Assembly (NCBI RefSeq): GCF_038025025.1
Contig: NW_027117341.1
Location: 558,001 to 622,000 of the forward strand
Direction: 5' to 3'
DNA from: Phyllosticta citribraziliensis
Lineage: Eukaryota
Length of the DNA: 64,000 nucleotides
Part shown: positions 59,031-64,000 of the stretch, piece by piece
How positions within the stretch are numbered: position 1 is the first letter of the stretch
Layout of the letters: the number at the start of each line of letters is the position of its first letter
The notes under the pieces: model-generated
Told to the model about the DNA's origin: nothing
The model's input: only the letters and a program-made list of their open reading frames with translations
Databases searched by the model: none
Program-made: the position numbers and the translations under genes

Positions 59031-59822
59031 TCAAGACGAGCCCAATGCACCATCAAACGTACCTCTCCGAACCCTGTCCTCAACATAAGCCAACCGCGCA
59101 AACTTGAAGCTCTCAAACTCCTTGGCCGCCCTCTCAACCTCGATGAACTCTCCCTCGGCGCCTCCCTGCTCTTTCAGTTTCCGCGCCCAGTCCAGCGCCA
59201 CCTTCTCCAGCGCGGTCCGCGTGGTGCGGCGGCACAGCTCGATGAGCTCGAGTTGCCGCTCGACATCCGGGAGCGCCTCGAGGCGCGCGTTGTCCTGGTC
59301 GATGGCGGCGCAGGCGAGCTGGCAGATCAGCGCCTCCGCGAGAGTGCCGACGTGCTGCGCGAGCGGCGAGAGTGCCGGTGATGATGGCGCGGTGTTGTCG
59401 TCGGGCTCGGTCGAGATCTGTGATGGTGTTGGTGATGCCGCGGCGGTGGTGCGGTTCCTGGAGGGTGCGGGACCCGCGGGCAGCGATGACGAGCGAGGCT
59501 CACTGCTATGGTTCCCGTTGATGGTGCTGCTGTCGCCGAGGCCCATGATGTTGGATTGCTGCTGTCTGGGGGGCAATGGGGTGATGGGCGACATTGGCGG
59601 TGGACTCGAGACCCAGGTGATGTTGCGCGGGCTGGACCCGTCAGAGATTCTTCGCGGCGTGTGCGGCTCTGGTTGCTGCTGCGTGTCCCAAGACGAAGAG
59701 GAGAGGTGATTTTGGGTTGGAAGGGCGCGACCTCGACCGTAGCGGAGAATGACGACGAGGCTGCGTTTGCCATTGCGCTTGCGCTTGCGAGCATTGCTGC
59801 TGGTGTTGCTTTGATGGACCAT
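59031..59822 (-). CDS. Orphan, probably nuclear protein (~263 aa)
   Basis: ATG at 59822; NLS-like RKRKRNGKR followed by SLVVILRY; Ser/Pro-rich linker; helical C-terminal domain. Confidence 0.65.
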   Translation of the reverse strand: MVHQSNTSSNARKRKRNGKRSLVVILRYGRGRALPTQNHLSSSSWDTQQQPEPHTPRRISDGSSPRNITWVSSPPPMSPITPLPPRQQQSNIMGLGDSSTINGNHSSEPRSSSLPAGPAPSRNRTTAAASPTPSQISTEPDDNTAPSSPALSPLAQHVGTLAEALICQLACAAIDQDNARLEALPDVERQLELIELCRRTTRTALEKVALDWARKLKEQGGAEGEFIEVERAAKEFESFKFARLAYVEDRVRRGTFDGALGSS

Positions 59823-61557
59823 GTTTGCTGCTGCAGTTTGCCGTGGATGCATGCAAAGAAGAGGGCAGGTGGTTCGCACTTGGGCGGTGGTGCTTTAAAG
59901 GGTTTGAAGGGTGGGCTTGGAGTTCTGACTGGTTGTATGGCGGTTGTATGTTGGGGGTAGTGCTGTGTTGGTTTCGTTTTGTTGGTAAAAAGGAAGACGG
60001 GTCCGTAACCTCTTACCGAACATGCTCTCGGGTGAATTCGACCTGGTCGTGCCTTCTTCTAATGATTCCACGGCTCCGGAGGGTGAAGAGGTCAAGAATC
60101 CATGACTGTCGTCTTGGCTCTTACTCTGTACCCCAACAGCTTCATAGCTTTGCACGATTTCTTGCGAAATTTCTGTCAATGATGATACTGAAATTTGCCT
60201 TCCGTCTTCCGGTGCATGTTTTTTCATGGTCCACTTCTCGGCCAGAGATTCTTCCTGTGCCAGGCTTCTCTTTCCATGGACGTCTTCCGCATGTCCTCTT
60301 GTGACCCAGACGAACCCTCGCGTTCCGTCCTCTTAATCATGGCGTCAAGTTCTACGTCAAACTCGGTTGAAAGCACGCGGGAAGCCAAGAGAAGAGAGTG
60401 CGAGGAAGTGTCGAAGTGGCAAGTATTCATCCTAGAATTTGAAATCAATTGGAAAGATGGCAAAGATGAAGAAATCCGGTGCGGATGACTGTGGTGATCC
60501 GCCTCTTAATGTACCATGCAGCTGCCATGGTGAATGAAGATGGGAGAGACGGGGTTGTGCATCGAGTCAAGAATCTACTAGCAGGCGATTTGATGGAAGA
60601 CAATCAAGGAGATGCGAAAGTAGCATGAGAAAACAAGCGGTCGACCATTCACACGACGGCCATGATCAATGACTTGGTCGTTGGTGGAAAGTCAACATGG
60701 CGTCTGTTTTCACTGTGGCAGGATTGACAAGTCATGTGTGATTCCGCAGAAGCGAAACAGGCAAAGGCAAATGAGTCGAGATGCGGCGGTGAGCTGGGGA
60801 CAGTCGGTAGTGGGTGTGGCGTCGTGGTGCCAAGCGAATAATGCCGGGGTGGTGAGGGTGGCCTAGTCTTCGAGAACAAGATTGGAAGCCATCGAAGGGG
60901 CCCAATGGGGAAATGGATAAGCAACGAGTCGAGCGACATGGTGCAGAATGGGATCGGCGCAGACGTGATAGCGCCGTCTGTGATCAGGCAGAGCGATTTG
61001 GGGGCCTCGGGCGGGCTGTGGGTGGTGATTGAATGGAGATGCAAGAGACAACGTCATGCCAAGTCGAGCGATTGGAAGAGCAGAGGTCAACGGGGCGGAT
61101 CGTCATTCGGGCGACGATGCATCGTGAAATGTAGCAGAATGGTGGAGGAGGAGCCAGACGGCGTCAGGAATGCGGCACCACAAAGGTAGATGCAGATGCA
61201 GGTGACGTCTTGCGACGAGCAGAGGGAGATGAGATGATGGCGAGGCATGCAGAGAGTGGAGAGAGAGAGAAGAAGGGGGGGGAGGGTGAGGAGGGGAAGG
61301 GATAGGAGTGGCATGGGCATGGGCATGGGGCAACAAGAAGCGGAAAGAACGCGCTAGGACGGCACACGCGCCTCGCTTGGTTAGCTACACTACATAGGTG
61401 GGTGGAACGGGAGGATCCATGCTGCCTGCTGTCGTGCACGTCAAACGGCGGCGGGAGGGAAAAAAGATGATGCAGCAGAGAAAAGAAGAAAAGAAAAAAA
61501 AGACACGGCAACTGAAGGATGAGGAAACCAAAGATGTCGCGATCGAGAGAGACCCGA

Positions 61558-61584
61558 CTGAGAGCCTGAGAGCCTGAGAGCCTG
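61558..61584. repeat. (CTGAGAGC)3+ minisatellite
   Basis: Three exact 8-mers plus a partial copy, upstream of the Gyp5-like gene. Confidence 0.85.
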
Positions 61585-62062
61585 TCGCTGTGGTTCGGCG
61601 CGTGCGTCTCGGGGCAGGCACGGGGGCGATCCCTGCACTCCACTCCACTGCCGTCGACTGTCCAAAGCTCCCACTGCCCACCGCCCACCAATCCTCCACC
61701 GTCTCTTCTCCTGAACGCAAAACCCACTGCACAATGTGATTCTACTCGCCGGCGTCGACCTCTCAATGCCTCCCCTCCTGCAGCCCTGCCGCCCGCTATG
61801 TTGCATTACGCCCGTCTCGTCCTGTCCTGTCCTGTTGTGCCCTCCACTCGCCTTCCGTGCCATCACCGCCCCACTCCACTGCCTGAAACTCTACACACCG
61901 TCACCGCTTCAAAGCCCGGCCTCTAGTTTATGCCCGCTCCGTTCATTACTGTTGATCAATCTCGTTCCTCCCTGTCCTTGGCCTCCTCTTCTCTGATCCA
62001 CGCCATTCCCAGTCCCAGTCCCTCCCATCCCACCGTCCCCGTGCCGGACCTTTGACCACACT

Positions 62063-64000
62063 ATGGCGCTCGCAGACCTCGAGTCGCCCATGCTCCCCTC
62101 CCACAACCATGGCCACTCGTCTGCCGATTCCATGGTCACCGTGCCCCTGTCGCCCACCGACCAAAACTACGACCAAGACTTCGACACTCCTTCCGCAAAG
62201 ACGACTCGGGACACCACTTTCTCCCAGAGCTTGGATGCCGCCCTCGTCGACCGCCTCGACTCCCGAAAAAAGAGACCCACCACAATCATCACAAAGGCCA
62301 TGTCCCCATCCCGAAGAAGTACCCTGGACTCGCTCGACGACGACGCAAACGTCGACTGGGACACTCTAGACAAGAAGGAGGGCGAAGTTGAGCGCGATGG
62401 AGGCGCCGACGAGGTTTGTCTCGCCGACTCCCGTCCACTCTCCATCCTCGACCCGGCTAACCACACCAGAGCACCGCCCTGCTGCTGGAAAGACTCGAGC
62501 AGGCCAACCAGGCCATAGCCACCGATCCCAAGTCCGGCCTCAAGCCCCGCGCACGCAGCCAGTCTCGCCCACCCTCCATCAGCCAGATCAAAAAGATGGT
62601 CGAAAATCAAAATGCAGACCAAGTCCGCTACTCTCTGCTGCCCTCACCACCTCCAATGACCGAGCTCGACTTTTGGGCTGCCCTAGTCCGCGACTACCAC
62701 GGCACCGCCCAACGTCTCCCGACCCTGACAACCAACAAGATTCGCTCTGGCATTCCTGCTCCGCTCCGTGGTGTGACGTGGGTGAGCATGGCCGGCGCGC
62801 GAGACCGCCAGCTCGAGGACCAGTACGAGCGTCTGTGCAAAGAGTCGAGCCCCTATGAGAACATGATCGGCAAGGACATCGGAAGAAGCTTCCCGGGCGT
62901 CGAAATGTTTAGAGATGCCGAAGGCGAGGGCCAGAAGATGCTGGCGAGAGTGCTCAAGTGCTTTAGCCTGTACGATGAAAAGATTGGTTACTGCCAGGGC
63001 TTGGGATTCCTCGTCGGCCCGTTGCTCATGCAAATGGGCGACAAGGAGGCGTTTTGCGTGCTAGTCAGGTAAGCGACCGCTCCCCCTTGGGACGCCGTCA
63101 GGTGATTGACCGTCTCCAGGTTGATGGACGACTACGACTTGAGGTCCTGCTTCTTGCCGGATCTGTCAGGCCTCCACCTCCGCATTTACCAATTCCAGCG
63201 ACTGCTCCACCAGCACCTCCCGCAGCTCGCCGAGCACCTTGACGGCATGCAGATTCATGCCGCCTATCTTTCCCAATGGTTCCTATCTTTCTTTGCCGTC
63301 ACGTGTCCGCTGCCCATGCTTTTCCGCATTTACGACGTCATCTTCGCCGAGGGTGCATCGGAGACCTTGATGCGCGTGGCGCTCGCCATCATGACGAAGA
63401 ATGAAAAGCGCCTGCTGGCGCTGGCCGAATTTGAAGATGTCATTCAGCTTTTGCTGTCGCGCGCGCTGTGGGATCCTTACGGCTGCAACGCGCAGTCGGC
63501 TGACGATCTGGTCAATGACTTTTGCAGCTTTACGGGCGTCGTCACCCGCGAAAGTCTGCAAAGTCTTGAAGTTGGCTTCAGGGAAACGCAAGGTGACGAT
63601 AATGTTGCCAAGAGCCGTTTCCTTCCCGAAGTCCAGAGCGCCGCACAACGGTTCCTGGGACGCATCTGGGGACCTGACAAGAGGGCGACTCTTACTCCCC
63701 CGAATCCCGACAAGCAATCACGTCCTGCCAGCTTCATGAAGCGGACGACTTCGAAAAACAGCATCGCCTCGACTCTAAACTCTGTCGAGGCTTCGTCGGA
63801 CAGCACAGGTAGAAGCCATGCTAGCACAGCTACCGCGCTGACAGAAATGACATCTCGCTCACGCGAATCTTCGGCAGACAATGCGTCCGTCAAGTCGCTC
63901 AAGATGGATCCGAACCGTCTTACTATTTCGGCCAAAGACCGCGATTTTCACACCCAGATTGAAGATCTCCTCACGGCACTCAGCGAAATGCAACGGGAGC
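62063..64000 (+). CDS. GYP5: TBC-domain Rab-GAP, Gyp5/EVI5-like, 3' end beyond the window; introns 62414-62469 and 63069-63119
   Basis: STALLLERLE; GIPAPLRGVTW; IGKDIGRSFP; IGYCQGLGFLVGPLL; YLSQWFLSFFA; coiled-coil region starts at the window end. Confidence 0.92.

Noticed and set aside
59895..60463. Two short minus-strand ORFs overlapping by ATGA
   Set aside because: Short, no recognisable domain or codon bias; cannot be told from chance.
1..64000. Cryptic peroxisomal isoforms by TGA-CTA read-through; tRNA, rRNA, snRNA, TPP riboswitch, CRISPR, transposons or RIP-degraded repeats
   Set aside because: None of the stop codons I checked has the TGA CTA context or a downstream PTS1. No diagnostic RNA motifs, terminal repeats, transposase/RT ORFs or strongly AT-rich blocks were visible by eye.

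Overview
Gene-dense, GC-rich eukaryotic DNA from a filamentous ascomycete (Pezizomycotina; Dothideomycete is my impression only). Evidence: short GT-AG introns with CTRAC/CTAAT branch points and typical fungal orthologues. About 23 protein-coding genes are supportable. Housekeeping or conserved: pfkB/Mak32-like kinase, CAP/Srv2, a Yip1-family protein, two TBC Rab-GAPs (Gyp8-like and Gyp5-like, the latter cut by the window end), an Mms1/DDB1-like beta-propeller protein, Ctf18, Dgk1 and Spb4. Accessory-type: two tandem F-box-like paralogues, a CorA-like membrane protein, a CYP59/StcS-like P450, a BTB protein, a Pth11-like and a Git3-like receptor, and several orphans. I found no rRNA, tRNA, CRISPR array or recognisable transposon. 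The best novelty candidate is a same-strand block of orphan genes at 55.5-59.8 kb, two of which share an ungapped Trp-spaced Myb/SANT-like motif. Other leads are a hidden in-frame intron in the P450, a dual-frame 3' end of the BTB gene, stacked uORFs on the Git3-like GPCR and several promoter motifs. Family calls come from motif recognition by eye, not database searches.
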